Below, piece by piece: positions 11,401 to 25,325 of a DNA stretch of 64,000 nt. Position numbers and translations under genes: made by a program. The DNA is taken from NCBI GenBank assembly GCA_905178155.1, contig CAJINV010000003.1:4809863-4873862 (forward strand). The letters run 5' to 3'. The DNA is from Amoebophrya sp. A120 (lineage: Eukaryota; Protista; Dinoflagellata). A model generated the notes under the pieces. It saw nothing but the letters and a program-made list of their open reading frames with translations, searched no databases and was not told where the DNA came from. Within the stretch, counting starts at the first letter, position 1; the number at the start of each line of letters is the position of its first letter.

Positions 11401-14400
11401 CGCGCAGACGGCGAATCACGTCGTCGAGCTTGTCTTCGTGTCGTTGACGTGTGTTCGGGCTCGAGTCCGCAATTTCTTTTTCTTTTTGCTGAAAGGTGTC
11501 TACCTCCGATAGCAGACACGTTATCTCCTTGTCCTGTGCGTCCAACTCATCCGATCGAAGCTTCAGGTCGGCCTTCCGCTCAGCTGCATCCCCCTCGGCG
11601 ACCTCGTGCGCTTGATCGCTGTTCTGCGCTACTAGAGGAGAAGGTTGCTGCCACGGTATGCGAACGTCTTCGAGGCCCATAGACTCTCGCTCGAACTCTT
11701 CGCTCGAGGCTGCTAGCTGTTCTGCCAATTGTGCGCGTTCCTATCACAGGAAAAAACTGTTTCACTGTGACGATTTTGGAAGATCTGCATCACAAGTTTG
11801 TTACACATGACATCATGCGTGCTTCCTAAGGGAAAACACAGCTAAAAACCCAATGTATTGCATGTGTAGCAAGACAAACACATTTGCGTTCCGTTCTATG
11901 CATCACAAGTTCACAGTGAAACAGTTTTTTCTTGTGATAGTTCCTGCTGAATCAGTAGCGCCTCCGCCTCCGCTGTTTGCTCGTCGTTCTCCGCGCGGCG
12001 CACAAACTTTCCCCCTTTGCCGATCCACACCTGACAAGAGTAATGGAGAAAGTGACTGGCTTTCTTTTCAAAACTGCATGTCATCGATCCAAATCAATGT
12101 GTGTGCAGAACATCACGCTTAGGAATTCCCAATACTGATGATGATGATGTTGGCAGTGTGCCCTTGAATATTCCCAATACTCAAATGAAAACAAAATTAT
12201 AATTCGGTCCTCTTACATCGATGTCCGACAACCGGTTTCGATCAGAATAGCCCAGCACACTGGTGTAGTAGTTCTGAACCCATTTTTTGATGTCAATCAC
12301 ACGTGCCGTGCCAGTCAGAGGGTAGATGAACTCCAAACCGTCGTAACGAACCCGGACGCCCGACACAGGAAAATGCATGTTCAATGTCATGTCGTGCGAG
12401 ACTGGGATTGCATCTGTGTGTGAAAGGAAATCAACATTGGCAGTAATTTCGTGTACAAGCATCGATACGCCAATTCTTAAATCTATTTTTATGTTTGTCT
12501 TTGTAACATCAAGTGAGTACAGTGCTTCCACCTCAGTCGAAGCACAAGTGTACTTGTATGGTGCCCTGCCTTCCATAAGTAATCACACTTCTCGAAAAAT
12601 TTGAACTTCCACCATTTCGACTTTTGTACTTAAAGGTATAAAGAACGCAAGCATACCAGCGGGTATCGGGCGAACCTCTTTCACTCCGGCCATGGCGTAT
12701 GGACCTGTGAACTTTGTCAGCACTGCATCAACATTTGCCGGCAATGGCTTCTTGGTGACACGTTCCCAAAGCGCCAAGGCGCGCGCCCGTAGACCCTGCC
12801 ACGCCTCGAAATAAGTACTGCACCCCATGAAGAAGACTTCGCCGGGACGGTCGCTGAAGTTGACCTGGACCGCGTTCTGAATTTCGATAACGCCGCCCTC
12901 TTCGTAGAAAGAGCCGAGCATTTCGTGCATGTTCAGATCTCTTCGTCCCACCATCTTTACCAGTTTTGTAGGGGCTGGTGTCGTTTCCGCCACTTCAGTC
13001 GTTTCCTCTGCTGCTTGTTCTGCTTGCACCATCGGCTCGTCCGACGCCTCGGTACTATCTGCGTTCGCGCTATCGTCATGCATGGATGAATCTGACTCGG
13101 GGTTCGGGCTGTCGTCTTCCATGGCAGCTGACTCGGCAGAGGGGCTTGTAGCGCTTTGAAGATCTTCGCTTTCTTCGACGGCACTACTGGTGGATCCGGA
13201 GAAATCCTCCGCGGGCGAGGACGCCTCTCCGCTTTCTTCCGATTCTGCCGCAGGACTACTAGCTGGTCCAATTGCAGTTTCCGTGGCGTTCTCTACTCCG
13301 GTACTCATCTTCTGCGCATCTTCCTCCTGGGTCGTCCCTGACGCCTGCGGCCGATTTGCCTCCTCCTCCCGCTGCTGTTGCGCTTTGTGGTTCCGTTCCT
13401 CCTCTTCTGTGAGCGGTTCCCACTTGTGGTACATAGTGAGAAAGTGCGTGGGATATTGCTCCTCCGTTCGCCCCGACTGGTCGATTTCGGTGTAGTAGAA
13501 GTGTCTGACCCGCGGCACCAAGTGCGCAACCTGTTCGTTCGGGTGATAGGGAACGAAAATCACCCGACCCTCGTACTGCACCTGCACGAGCGGCTGCGGC
13601 ACTGCGGGGACCAAGGGCACCTCAGCGGTCGCTTCCGAACTGCCGGCAGTGCTTGCTAGTTCGCTTTTGTCGTACTTATTCGTTTCGTGCTGTCCGGCTT
13701 CTGTCCGTTGTTTGCTTTGCGCGGTGTGGAAAGCCTTGTCCACAATGGACCGCACTAGATTTTTCACGCTCGCCTTCTCAATCGCCGCGGCTACAACCTG
13801 CTTCGCGAGGGCGCGCGGATCCTCGACGATGTCGTTGCCCACTTCTTCAGCAGGTACGGGATTATCATTGCCGACCGGTTTGCCGAGGGCCTCCGGAGGT
13901 GGGGATGACGCGTCCATTTCTACTGCCTTCATCACTTTCTCCGTCGAGCTCGTATCAACCGCAGTCGGCTGCGCGAGCAAATTGCGTTCCTTCTTGTCAA
14001 GCTCCAGACCGCTGAGCTCAAACGTCAGCGCATCCATTTGCTGGTCTTGCGCTCCTACAATTCGCGTATCTGTTCCCTCAATATCTCCTTCCGCCGTATA
14101 ATCGGCATCCAGAGACAAAAGGGGCGGCGTCGTCCCCGTCGGACTACCGTCTCCGTCGGGGGAAAGCGACGGGCTCTGGGCCCAAGGCGTGGCTGGACTA
14201 CTGCTCAGGCCGGGGCTGCATCCCGTGGGGCTGGCCTCGGTGGACTCTTGTTCGTAAGCGTCCAAACCGTGATTTTCGAGATTTTTCATGGGTGATGTGC
14301 AGGGACGCGGGTCGCCTGGGGGCATAACTTTGTCCACGTCAAGGTTTCCCAGGTGATACAAGCGGTCGCGGCTCCGCTCGAGCGCAGTTGCCGCGCTGTC

Positions 14401-14940
14401 TACTCCGCGGTTCGAAGTGGACAACGGAAGCTGCAGCATTTTCTCCACACTCCTGGCACCATCTTCGAACGGATGCGATTGCGCAGAAATGGATGTTGCA
14501 GTTGTTGTGCCTCTGTCTTCATCCCCACCCTCCCGCAAAGGGGTGCCGGACCGACTCTGCGGCAAATCATCTGCGTAGTGATTGTACCGCGGCTGGCGCA
14601 GGAACGATAGTGACGCTGCTTGCTGGTCCGCCACCGAGTGCTCGCCAGTAAGTGTAGCACCAGGTTGTAGATGGTCCTTGCTAGTACTGCTCGCACCGTC
14701 AACCTCTCCTGGCTCAGTTGCCACGGCTTGTTGATCACCGCCCGCGCCGCCGGCTGTCGATGTCAGTGAGCTGGTACTTCCGTCCAGCAGCAGCTGCCGC
14801 ACACGTGACTGGCGGGGGCCAGTTGACGGTGAAAAGGAGCCCTCTGTCGGCTTCGGCAACAATAGAAAGGGCTTGCAGAGCAGGCAAATGAGAGTAGCCG
14901 TCCAACGAAGCCACACCGTGTCGGGTCTCATCGCCAACAT
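8444..14940 (-). CDS. ~1954-aa multi-exon protein: N-terminal hydrophobic/signal-like segment, two ubiquitin-like-looking repeats, coiled coil, C-terminal AN1 zinc finger
   Basis: Exons 14940-12657, 12413-12217, 12030-11940 and 11736-8444 join in frame (5865 nt) via two GT-AG introns and the introner at 11742-11939 (junction LIQQE-RAQLAEQL); AN1 motif [27 protein letters not shown]...HLCDYDHK. Confidence 0.75.
11742..11939. mobile_element. Introner-like TIR element, family E (198 bp), non-canonical intron
   Basis: 29-bp TIR TATCACA(G/A)GAAAAAACTGTTTCACTGTGA with 1 mismatch; TSD GTTCC at 11737-11741 and 11940-11944; removal fuses two ORFs in frame. Confidence 0.93.
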
Positions 14941-15353
14941 CTTCACTTTAGCTTCACTTCAATGTCATAGTCACGTAGAAGCGTCGTTGTGGGAAAAAGA
15001 ACAAAAGAACCAAAAACTGTGCGATTGGCGATAAACGATGAAGTGATGCCCAGGTGTAAAATCTAGACTCTTGACGATCAACAAATATTATTTGTTGATC
15101 CACATAGTTAGTTAATTGACGGCATCTATCTATGCTTCAGACCATATACAGAACACCAAAAGAATGAACGAATTCGAATTTAAATACCGATATCCGCATG
15201 AATTGCGAAGCTGCTACAGAATGGAGTGGAACACAGCGGTCGAGCTTGCGTCGCATTGCCGCGGTCGAACAAAAACACACGATCGTGTTCAGGTTCAATC
15301 TATCATAGTTGATACATTTTTGCTCATTATCTTTATGGTGTCGTTGTTGGTTT

Positions 15354-16604
15354 TTAGGAAAACATGTCGTCAAGAAAATCCTCTGCAGCCCTGCCGGAAG
15401 AACTTGCTTTGTCAACACGAGCTCCTGGTATGGGCTTGGCTGCCATTCGCTCAAGTTCCAGCAGATCTGCCTCGTCAATGTCAGCGTCGGACAGAGGACC
15501 AGCTGCCGTTGGCTCAGCCCTGCTGCGCCGTTGCAGCTCCCCTTCTTCATCGTCGCTCTCTTCTTCCGAGGAGGACGAAGATCCGCGTTTTTTCCGCTTC
15601 TTCTTTTCTTTTTTTCGCTTCTCCTTTCTTGCTTTCTTCTCGGCCTTCTTCCTTTCTTTTCGCTTCTTCTTCAGATGCACATAGTTCAGCTGGAAAGCGC
15701 AGGCCACGCACAATTTTATCTTGACCAGCGCCTGCTTCTGCGCCCCTTGTTCCATGTACACAAAGTTGACCTCGTAGCTTTTCAGATGGTTGCATTTCTC
15801 GCAGTGCTTGCTGCCGCAGACAAACTGTCCCTTGCCCTGGCGCACTTCTTGCGCGGTGCGCCAGCGAAACCCAAACTGGTTCCGCTTGTAGTTGCGCAGG
15901 TCGCCCAGTACATACTCCTTAAACAACCGGTCGTAGTACTTTTGTGCCAGCTTGACTGCTGCGCCGCCGGCGCTGCTGTGCCCGCCAGGATCCTCGTCCG
16001 GAATGAACTGGTGGAATTCGCGTAGCAGGGCCAGGTCGGATTTCGGATCGGGTCGTTTCAGCACGCGCGTACTGCTACTCGCCGCAGCTGCGTGTGCTTC
16101 CGACTGGGACAGGTCTTTGTTGGCTTCCCGCCTCTGGTACTCCTCTCGGCTGTCGGCTAAATTGTACTGCAGTTGCTCCATCAGGAAGCGATGCTTGGCC
16201 AGCCGCCGGCGCTCCGCCTCGTCCTCGGCGTGAATCGTTTTCATCCCCGCCTCCGGCTTCTTGTTGTCCACCGCGCTAGTGTGCCAGGAGGCATCCTGGC
16301 CGAATGTGGTGCTCCGGGGCGGCAAAATTTTCTCCTCGCCGATTCCCTCCGGTCGCGTTCGCTGCCCCACGGCGACCGAAGCGGACGACGTGGCGTTCGG
16401 ATTTTGCAGCGAGATGTGCGCCCGTCCCGAAGCTTGCCGCAGCAGGTAATTTGTGCCGTCCGTGCCGGCGGTCGGGGGCGCGAAAGCCTTCCGTCGCTTG
16501 CCCGGACGCCGGAATTCGCTGTCCGAGGAATCGTCGTCCTCGTCCGAACCGCCGTATTTGTTCATGCCGCCGCCGCCGGCTTTCTGGTGATGAGAAGACC
16601 GCAT
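15354..16604 (-). CDS. FRA10AC1: FRA10AC1 family protein (spliceosome-associated)
   Basis: Motifs KYYDRLFKEYVLGDL, FRWRTAQEVRQGKGQFVCGSKHC and LKSYEVNFVYMEQG..KQALVKIKLC..CAFQLNY; exact start codon uncertain. Confidence 0.9.
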   Translation of the reverse strand: MRSSHHQKAGGGGMNKYGGSDEDDDSSDSEFRRPGKRRKAFAPPTAGTDGTNYLLRQASGRAHISLQNPNATSSASVAVGQRTRPEGIGEEKILPPRSTTFGQDASWHTSAVDNKKPEAGMKTIHAEDEAERRRLAKHRFLMEQLQYNLADSREEYQRREANKDLSQSEAHAAAASSSTRVLKRPDPKSDLALLREFHQFIPDEDPGGHSSAGGAAVKLAQKYYDRLFKEYVLGDLRNYKRNQFGFRWRTAQEVRQGKGQFVCGSKHCEKCNHLKSYEVNFVYMEQGAQKQALVKIKLCVACAFQLNYVHLKKKRKERKKAEKKARKEKRKKEKKKRKKRGSSSSSEEESDDEEGELQRRSRAEPTAAGPLSDADIDEADLLELERMAAKPIPGARVDKASSSGRAAEDFLDDMFS

Positions 16605-16991
16605 GTCGTGACTGAGAAAATGACTCAAGAAAAAAGTGTAAGTATTTATGTCTCTACGTGGTACTGCTTTTATCTCTAAGTACCGTAGCTAGTAACCTGT
16701 GGCTGTGCTACACTGAAAAACAAAAGCAATCAAAAAAATCGTTACTCGTCCCTACAAAAACAGTCTAAGTTTTTTATTCTATCTATCAATATATCGCCAC
16801 TTCAATCATGCGAGGGCCTGGTTACGGTTGGATCAGAAATAGCAACCAAGATTCTTTGAGATCGTCGCACGAAGGACTTCGACCTCAGAAAAAAGTCAAT
16901 TCTGTATCTGTTCTTTTTTGAGTTCATATCGGATCGCCCAATTTCCAACTCCGTTTTTGGCCGCATGCTTATGCTAGAAGCGGATGCACAA

Positions 16992-18153
16992 TCACCGCGG
17001 AATATACTGCGTCAGCATTGAATCCCCATGACGGCAGCATGATGATCGCAGGATTTGAGACAACGAACAAGTGTCAGAGTGGTCAACGTCGTCAGTGGCA
17101 TCCTTTTGCTTGTTGGCGTACTTTTTAAAACAGTTATAGTATCCTTCGAATTCTTTGCCTTTTAGCAGGTGAAGCTCCAATAATTTGGCTGAGTACGTAG
17201 GCCACGACACATCACTGATCATCGGTAACCAGAAGTTCAAGCAATAAACGTGCGGATACAACATCATACCAAAAAAAATGAGGTTTGTGACTACATCATG
17301 GTCTGTCTCTAGGAGAAGTCGATACCTACTCACAAGAAGGAGGAGTGGGGTCCTAGTGTGTGAAAGCAGAGCAGTGCTTCGTCGAGTTTGCAAGTGCAAC
17401 TGAAGCGCAAGTCACTATTAATTGTGGAAATAGAAAAGCGACAATTTGGGCCTGCTAGACTTTTCCTTTTCCAATTCCAGGTTTACCAGTTCTAGGTGTC
17501 ATAGCACAGCCGCTTTGCCTTTAGGTTTGCTTACCACCCTCCGGGTAGAAAACCATTCAAAAAATTTAATTCGCTTCTTCTACAAAAATAAGCATGTAGA
17601 ACGATCAAAACAATGAATCAATTATAGTTAGAATTTGTAAGTACGTTATTTTTGTCCTTTTTCACTTTCGAAAAACAAAAACGAGTTGTGATTGTCTCTC
17701 AACAAAGATGATGCACAACTAGTTTGTCTTCGCAAATAGGATGGGAGACGTGGCAGACCTAAAATTTGTCGGTATCGCCGGTGACAGTGTCTAGATGCAA
17801 CGACAGGTCCTCCTCCTCCCAGTAGACAATCAAAGGAAACTCCAGAGACCGACGTTGTTGTTTATTTTATCTTACGCTGCTCGTACTAGAATGATGAAAC
17901 AAATGAAACGCAACTTTATCAAACGTAAACAACATCAGGCCACTCGGACAAGCAAACAAAGCGAAAGACACGACCACCTTGTGTTTTTCGATATTATTTC
18001 GGTTTGGTACACATGAAACTTCATCGGGGGAGGTTCGAACCAACTGTGGTAGAATAATCCACTGGAGATGACGATCCCGACAATAGCAAAACTCCCTGCT
18101 GCTATCTCCGCAAAATTAAAAAAGCCGCCGAAAGAAATCGTTACCGTTCCCAT
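16992..18153 (-). CDS. Possible small multi-exon membrane protein
   Basis: Hydrophobic ORF pieces 17935-18153 and 16992-17399; splice structure unresolved. Confidence 0.25.
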
Positions 18154-18399
18154 TCGACGGATTCATGTTTGTTCTTTGAAAGAATTTACTGTCAATCCTC
18201 TGACAAAATCTATTCAGTTCAGTACCAGTTATCTTCTATCAATCTTGCGGCTGTCACGCCTAAAGCTCTTCATCAACATCAAACCCAATATCACAACCTT
18301 GTGTCGTATCCGCACGAAGATCATGTTTAGAGTCTTGTTCATCTTGGCGGGAACATTTCCTCACCCTGACCGCCTCCGCCTGTCACAATGGATAAGAAG

Positions 18400-21300
18400 C
18401 TAGTGCGGAAACAGATTTGGATCGAACTTTTTCAACAAACTGGAAAGGTAGGCGGACCAATTGCTGACGTCCGCGCGGGTCCGGTTCTGGACTACCTTTT
18501 CGATCGAAGCCATGCACTCCTGGAGTTTGCCCTCTCCGCGGTTGGCGCACAGGCCGTACAGAAAGCGCATCACCCGAAAATCAAAGTCGTCCGCTTCCAA
18601 GACAGCTGAGCCCTTCGCCAACACCTCGGCCACCGCGGCGTTCACGCAGTCTTTTACAGCGCGCTTGTCTGTGATTTTTAATGCCGCACTTTTTACTTTG
18701 GACGTCTATTAAGCGGAACAAAGAACTCAAACTTCCAAAAAGTGCACTTAAAAATTCTAGTTCCATCGATCCATCTCTGCGTAGCAAAAAAAAAAAAGTC
18801 ACCTGAAAACTCCTCTTCGTGACTATTCTCGGGCTTGGAGTCTTGCTCAGCCCTCAGAACCTGTTCATCCATTTCTGCACTGCTTGCAACGGCGGTCTCG
18901 GTACCTACAAATCACGAGTTGCTTTGCTCCCACTGGTTCGCGCTTCTGTGTTCGCACCGCCTTCATTTTCATTGATACCAGTGACAGCATAAATCGCATT
19001 GAAAACGATAATGAAGCGCTACCGATTTGAAGCTCGCTGAACCAGCCTCAAACTCAACGTGAAATAAGCAATAAAGGCACCAGAAAGAACTAAACACTAC
19101 CCGCCGCTGCACCTGACTCGTTATCCCCGTTTCGCTCCGACGCGGCGGTCGTTACCGCAGCACGCCGGTCACCGCGCATGGGTGGACGAAAGGACCCTGG
19201 CGCGAACTGGTGCGGGTTGTAGGCGTAGTAGTTGTAGTGATACCCATGATACCATGAGTCGTAGGCAGCCGGATGGTAGTAGAAAGCATGCATCGGAAAG
19301 TAATTTTCGCTAGGCCCGTAGGCGCCTGGAGGTGGATGTCCCCACATGTCGTAGTGGTGCGAGGTGCCTACGCGTGGTCCTCGACCGTAATAGTGTTCAC
19401 CGCCCACCTGTCGCTGTGCCTGCTGCAGCGCTGCGTTAGATGTTGAAGCCGACGTTCCATTCGTACTACTACCTCCCATGCGTGCCACGACCGGGCCGCG
19501 AGGGCCACTGCGATGCTGAGAGCCTGACCGCGGATGATCGGTGGCAAGAAGCGCTGGAGCTCCGGTTTGCTTCATCGTGCTCAAGTGATCTTCACCCGCG
19601 TCGCTACATTCCTCGACGTCAGTGTTTTGCTGAAGATCTTTCTCCACAACGACGACCCCGCCGGCGGCCTTTGATGCCTCAACCGCAATATTATTGTGTA
19701 CGCGATCGCCCACCGCTTCGCGCCCACCCACTTTTCCGAACAGTTCCTCGTCTTCTTGCAGCGTGGGCGTATCGAGCACAAGATCTGGCGAAGATAACAG
19801 CGACGTGCTGTCGTTCAATTTCTTGATCGTTGTCACGTCCAGGGTTGTGTCCAAGTCGGCACGGGTGCTCAGCAGCTTCGACGGCGTCGTGGACAGCTCT
19901 TTTGGGCGGGGCGGTGAATCGAACCCAAAAACGTCATTCTTGCTGCACATGCGGTCGTCCTGTAGTTCATCCACCTCTTGGTCTTCTTCCACCTGCTCTT
20001 TGTCAAGAACGCGACCACGCGCCTTGTTGTGCAGGTCGACGGTAGCAGGCTGCGAATCGGCGAAAAAGGTTCTCGACGGCGCTGGAGCAGAAACTACGTC
20101 CTGTTGTAGTTCCTTCTGTGCGCCAAAATTGCTCTTCACTTTCGCTGAATACGCTGCGGCACCGGGGACTTTGCTTCGCCCCGACCAAGCGTTGGTCGGA
20201 GTAGTGGACAGCTCCTTCACTTGGACCACCTCGACAGAACCGAAGTCCAACAAACCGGCCGCCGAGGGCAGAAGCGGGTCCTGCTTAACGGCTCCCAAAG
20301 CGCTAGGTTCGTTGTCATTCAGGCTCAAGCCCGTCTCAACAGCCCCTTCATCGTCATTGTTGGGAACAATCTTCACAGCTGGAGACGGAGACGAAGCACG
20401 CCACGCCTTGCGAATCGCCTCGGAGGTGCAGGTGCGACCCGCGTGCATGATTTTTGATGTGCGCGACGAATCCGCAGGACTTATCCGTTTCACGGCTCGT
20501 CCACTCAATATGCTGATCTGCTCCTTTTCTGACGCCGCAGTCGGTTTGATGTCGCCGGTAGTACACACATCATCGTCATCCGCAGCGGCGGCCACGGCAT
20601 CGGCAATGAGATTCTTGCTCATCTTTGGCGTTACGCTTCTACTTCTCAGATCCTGCTGCTGCTCCTGCTGCAGCTTCGTATCTACTACATCTCCAGTCGC
20701 GGCGGGGGTTGCGACGACCGTCTTATTGACCTCCGATCCGCCTTCCTGTGTGGACCCTGCTGCGCTTCGCTGCGTGTGCGTCGGCAGATGCTTTCCGGAA
20801 AAACTCTCCCGCGTCCGTCTCCCGCCGTAACTGAACGATGGCGGATACCGGTACGGATCGTAGTGCCCGTAATACGGGGCCCACATTCCGGCATTGTGCG
20901 GCGGTGGCCTGATGTTGGGAGGTAAACAAGTTCATGAACGATGCCACCAAGCCTAAGTATACAACTACACACGCCTTACAGCATACTCACCTGAAGCAAG
21001 AGAACAATATGGAAATGCGAAACTGGTATCACTATCAATATCAAGTTAGTAAAATGACATCCAAGCTGGTGTTGTCCGGATAGTATACTTATTTCATGTA
21101 CCACCATTGGCCTCGGTTTCGGGATTGCCAGTGTTGCGTCGGATATAACTCGTTGGCACGCTGATCGAAATGTGTAGTCCGCGAGTCCGCTCGCGCCCCA
21201 GCACCCACGCAACTTTTGCTACGATCATCTGTGCCGGTTTTCATGATATTCTCAGCAGCAGTGGGGCTTGTGCCGTCTGCACTCAAAGATGCAGTCACAT

Positions 21301-24300
21301 CCTCAGACCTTTGCTTCTCTTCCGCACCAGCCTCCTTCGCACGACTTGGACTCATCACCAGCGACATCTTGTTGGGAAGCTCGATTTCCAAAGCGGCAGA
21401 TGTTGCAGGTCCACTTGCGTTCTTGTCATTTCGGTCAGCATCCGTCATAGGCGCAACTTGTGCAGCTGCGGTAGTCGACGTGCGAATGTCCTTCACGTTC
21501 ACGTCCTCCTCCATGCCTCCTTGTGCTTTTGCCGTAGTTGCACTCTTTTCACCCATGGCGGTTCTTTGTAGCCTGACGAGGTCCCGTTGGAACCGCCGCT
21601 TGGCTTCCAACCGAACTCGGGCGGGAATGGGGTGGTGCGGACGAGTGGACTTGTTGGTCATTTGCGACGGCAGTGTGACAAGTTCTTTACTACCCAGCCT
21701 TGTTTTGCTCACCGTAGAGTCACGACGACGACCACGATCATACCTCATGATACCAGTTCCCGCCTGCAAGCAGCTGTCGCTTCCCGCGCGCAGCCGCGAC
21801 CGACTCGGAATGATCCCAGAGGTGGCCGCTGCACCTCTGTGCGATAGACCACGATAGTGGCTGTGCTGGTACGCGGCCGCGCCTGCGTACGGCGAAATGT
21901 GTCGTGAGGCGGGGTAGTAGCCCATTGATGTTCCGAATTGCGCATAGTAGTTTCTGGCGTTGTAATTGTAGTAAGCAGCGGGATTGTAGCCGTACCTGCA
22001 AAATGCAGGGTAACCATGCACGTCAGCCCCGCCGGGGCCTGCCCGCATGATCATGGGGTTGTTGTTGCCTGCTCCATTTGATGGAGGTCCTCCAGTGTAG
22101 GGAACCAAGCCGAGTTGCTGCGGCTCCGCACCAGTTGAACCAGAAGATGAACCTTCCGGTCCAGTTGAAACTGCTGCACTGGGACCTGTAGAATTTGGAG
22201 GAGATTGCGGCGCTACCGCAGAGCCGGCGCCCTTCCCCACCACCCCAGCGAGCGGTCCGGAAACCGGTCCCACAAAGCGGCTTCGTTGCCCCGGACCGTA
22301 GCTTGGTGGCCCGGCAAAAGCACCCGGCGGCATCCAGTAGCCGTAGGGTGAAGGAGCGGCAAACGGCGGAACCATTCCAGGGTGCATCATCATCGCGCCG
22401 GGGTGCATCATCATGGCACCAGGATGGAATCTCGCCCCCTTTCCGTTTCCTTTCATCATCTGTTGCTGGTAATGTGCATACTGAGCAGCGGCCGCCCCTT
22501 TGTGATGAATCAGGGTCATGTCACCTCCAGGCCGTTTGTTCTGCTGGTACGCCAGTGCCAGGGCAAGCGTTTTCTTTGTCTCTGAGAGAGGCTTCTGCTC
22601 AACACTCGACTGGACAGCAGAGGACTCTCTCCCCTGTCGTGGTGAACCACCGAGCGTGCCTTTGTTCGCTACGACAGGGACTACCGCTGTCACCGTGCTG
22701 GCGTCTTTCTGCTCTGCCGCTTGAGTACTTTGTTCCAAGAACGCCGGGCCAGCACACAGATTAGCTTGCTCTTTTCCTTCCTTGCTTTTTGGAGTGGACG
22801 CGATTTTCGTTTTCCGCTCACGCTTCTCCGACAATGAACGTTTCATCTGTTGGTTATTTTGGTCGAGCGTTTTCTTCGCTTTAGACTTGGACTTTCCCCG
22901 CTTTGCAGAAGCCAATAGCTTGCTGGCCCCTAATTCCTCGTCCTGCACGCCGGATGCCGCTGCCGTCACCGAAACAACCGGCTTCGTGCTGCTCCCAGCC
23001 GTGACATCGGACGCCGATCCTTGCTTAGTGGTCGACTTGCTGGTCAGAGGGTGTTCCTCCTCCGGATCTTGCGATGTTGATGCGTCGCTTCTACTTGGTG
23101 GGAACCCAGCGGTTGATTTTTTCTTCTTCTTCTTTTGGTGGTCGCCGCGCGTCTCCGCAGAAGCGCCACGAACTTTCTCTTCGCCTGAATCGTCCGCGTC
23201 TTTCTCTGCGGCGTCGCGCTTTCCACCTTTTGTCCTTTTATTTGTCTTGTCTTCGGCGCTGGTCTTGACTTTACGAGATTGCTTTCGCCGCTTCTTCTCC
23301 AGGTCGTCTCCGGTTGGAATGGGTCCCGTCGGAACTGGCCTAACCACGGCCAACTCGTGGTCAGCCTCAGCGCCTTCAACATCGCCGTTGCTACGCTGAG
23401 CCGAAGCACCATGATCGTACTCCCGAATGCTCCACTTCCCATTTTCGCCTTTCCGTCCGGAAAAAGACTTCGAACGGTAACGACCTGTTTTGTTTCACTA
23501 CACGACTTTGCACTACTGCGAGTTCTATCTCGAGACACATGTAGCAAGAGTGAATGTGGAAACTTCAATCATGCTCTGGATTTCACACTTCTCCCGCCAC
23601 AGTATGTAGCGGTGGGTAAAACAAAGTAAGAGCAACAGATACACGTCAAGAACTACGTCATTGAACGAAATCTTCGAGTGGTATTATACCGTAACTTCCG
23701 TTCCAGACTTTACCGCCTTTACCCTTCTGCGGCTGCTTCGCTTTCCAACCGGAGTCACCAAATCGAGAGCTCCACAACGATTTGGAGTCGTAAAACGCAG
23801 GCGAGGGGCCCTTTGCGTAACAAGCGTCGGGAGAACAGTAACTGGGTGTCGTCACCACAAAAGGCCCGGCGCCCTTGCCTTTCCCTGAAGATGCGTTCTT
23901 GTGCGGCAGCAATATGTTCGGCTGCTCGTCCAATGCGGTGCTGAAAGGGCCGCTGTAATTTTTAGTATTATGACCGAACAACATCGCTGGGTCACCAGAA
24001 GGTTTCATCGCTTTACCCTTCTGACATCCCCCCAACATCTTCGCCCCTCCTTTACCGGCAGCTTTAGCTCCCTTGCGCACGGCCTTTCCGCCGGTCGTGG
24101 GCCCCCCGCCAGCGCCGACCCCACCGCCATCGTTTTCAGCAACGTCCACTTGGTCTGCATCCGGGGAGGCGACGTGTTCCCAGGGACATTTCGCTCCGCG
24201 CGGACACCAGCCTTTCTTGACAAAATCCCAGCACGTGTTCCAAGAGGCTTTGGGCCGTTTGTTGTTGGAAACGTCCTGGTGACAGATCACGTGGCTCGGA

Positions 24301-24380
24301 AAGAATTCATCCTCCAAAGGAGGCGGTGGCGGAGCCACTTGGTGAAGAAGTCCCGGGAGCTCTCCAGTATCGGGCACCAT
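18400..24380 (-). CDS. ~1750-aa RNA-binding-type protein: N-terminal CCCH zinc finger, long Y/P/G-rich low-complexity region, C-terminal hnRNP-Q acidic-domain-like module
   Basis: Exons 24380-23690, 23484-21102, 20908-19101, 18904-18803 and 18668-18400 join in frame via GT-AG introns (5253 nt); CWDFVKKGWCPRGAKCPWEH; DDFDFRV...ADVSNWSAYLSSLLKKF; the 5' end may extend further. Confidence 0.65.
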
Positions 24381-25325
24381 AGTCGAGGTAGAAGGCGCCT
24401 GTGCGGGAACTACAGGCCAATTCTACCTTCACTCCAACCAGTTCTGTAAAGTAGGTACGATATCACGAGGACGTCGACACAAGCGCTTGATGAAACAGCA
24501 CTGCAGCCGGTCCCTCTTTGCCAAGAACCTGAAAGATCGTTTTCGAAATTGAAGATGCGAAAGAAAATCACCGTTCTATGCTCGTCCGGCGTCGGTTCAA
24601 TATGAATAAAGTTATAGTTAATGACACAAATACTCGTGCTGTTTCTGTGAAAAAAGCAATAAAAATACGCTTGGCAGTAGCACTCCAAACCAAGTGTCCG
24701 CCTCTGGTCCGCTACTGGAGTCGCGGTGTTTTTTCGTCAGATCACACAGAACTGCAGCACAAGTCGCAGAAAACTTTGTAGGAGCGAAGCAAAGAAGAAA
24801 CTCAAACTCGTAGTCGATCACGATCACATGGAACGTTTTTAGTAAATCATTTTTTTACAACATCTTCGGAACTGATATTGATTTGACACAAACAAAAAAA
24901 GCAAGCAAATATCCGCGACCCATTTGTAGTTCTATTGAAGCCAACGAGCTGCATAAAGTGTTGTGGAAAACTACTTCATCCACATCTTCCGGTACAACAA
25001 GTCAAGCAAATCGAGACAGACAGAATGGGAAAACGAGTGGACATCATCATGCTCCTGCGGTGCCATGGTTCACGCAACAGATTTGAAAACAAAGCGGGTG
25101 ACGAGTGAACACGTAGATTCAGACACGAAGATGCAATCAAGTCATCGCCCCGCATTACGAAAAATATCGTGATATGCTGATGCAAATTTCCATGAGACCG
25201 AAAGCTCGTATGATGACCATGTTAAAACTTAGTTCCTGCGTTGAAGATGTGTGCGTGGGAGATGAACGTGGAAGTTGCACTACTAAATGTAGCGCGCCAT
25301 CTCTTCACAAAAATGATCGAATGAG

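Noticed and set aside
12577-12585. In-frame TGA between ORFs 12583-14946 and 12181-12576, suggesting readthrough or stop-codon reassignment
   Set aside because: It lies inside a phase-compatible GT-AG intron (12414-12656); other genes end in ordinary stops
19694-20830. Long plus-strand ORFs (for example 378 aa) overlapping minus-strand genes
   Set aside because: S/A/T-rich antisense shadows of GC-rich coding sequence with no domain motifs
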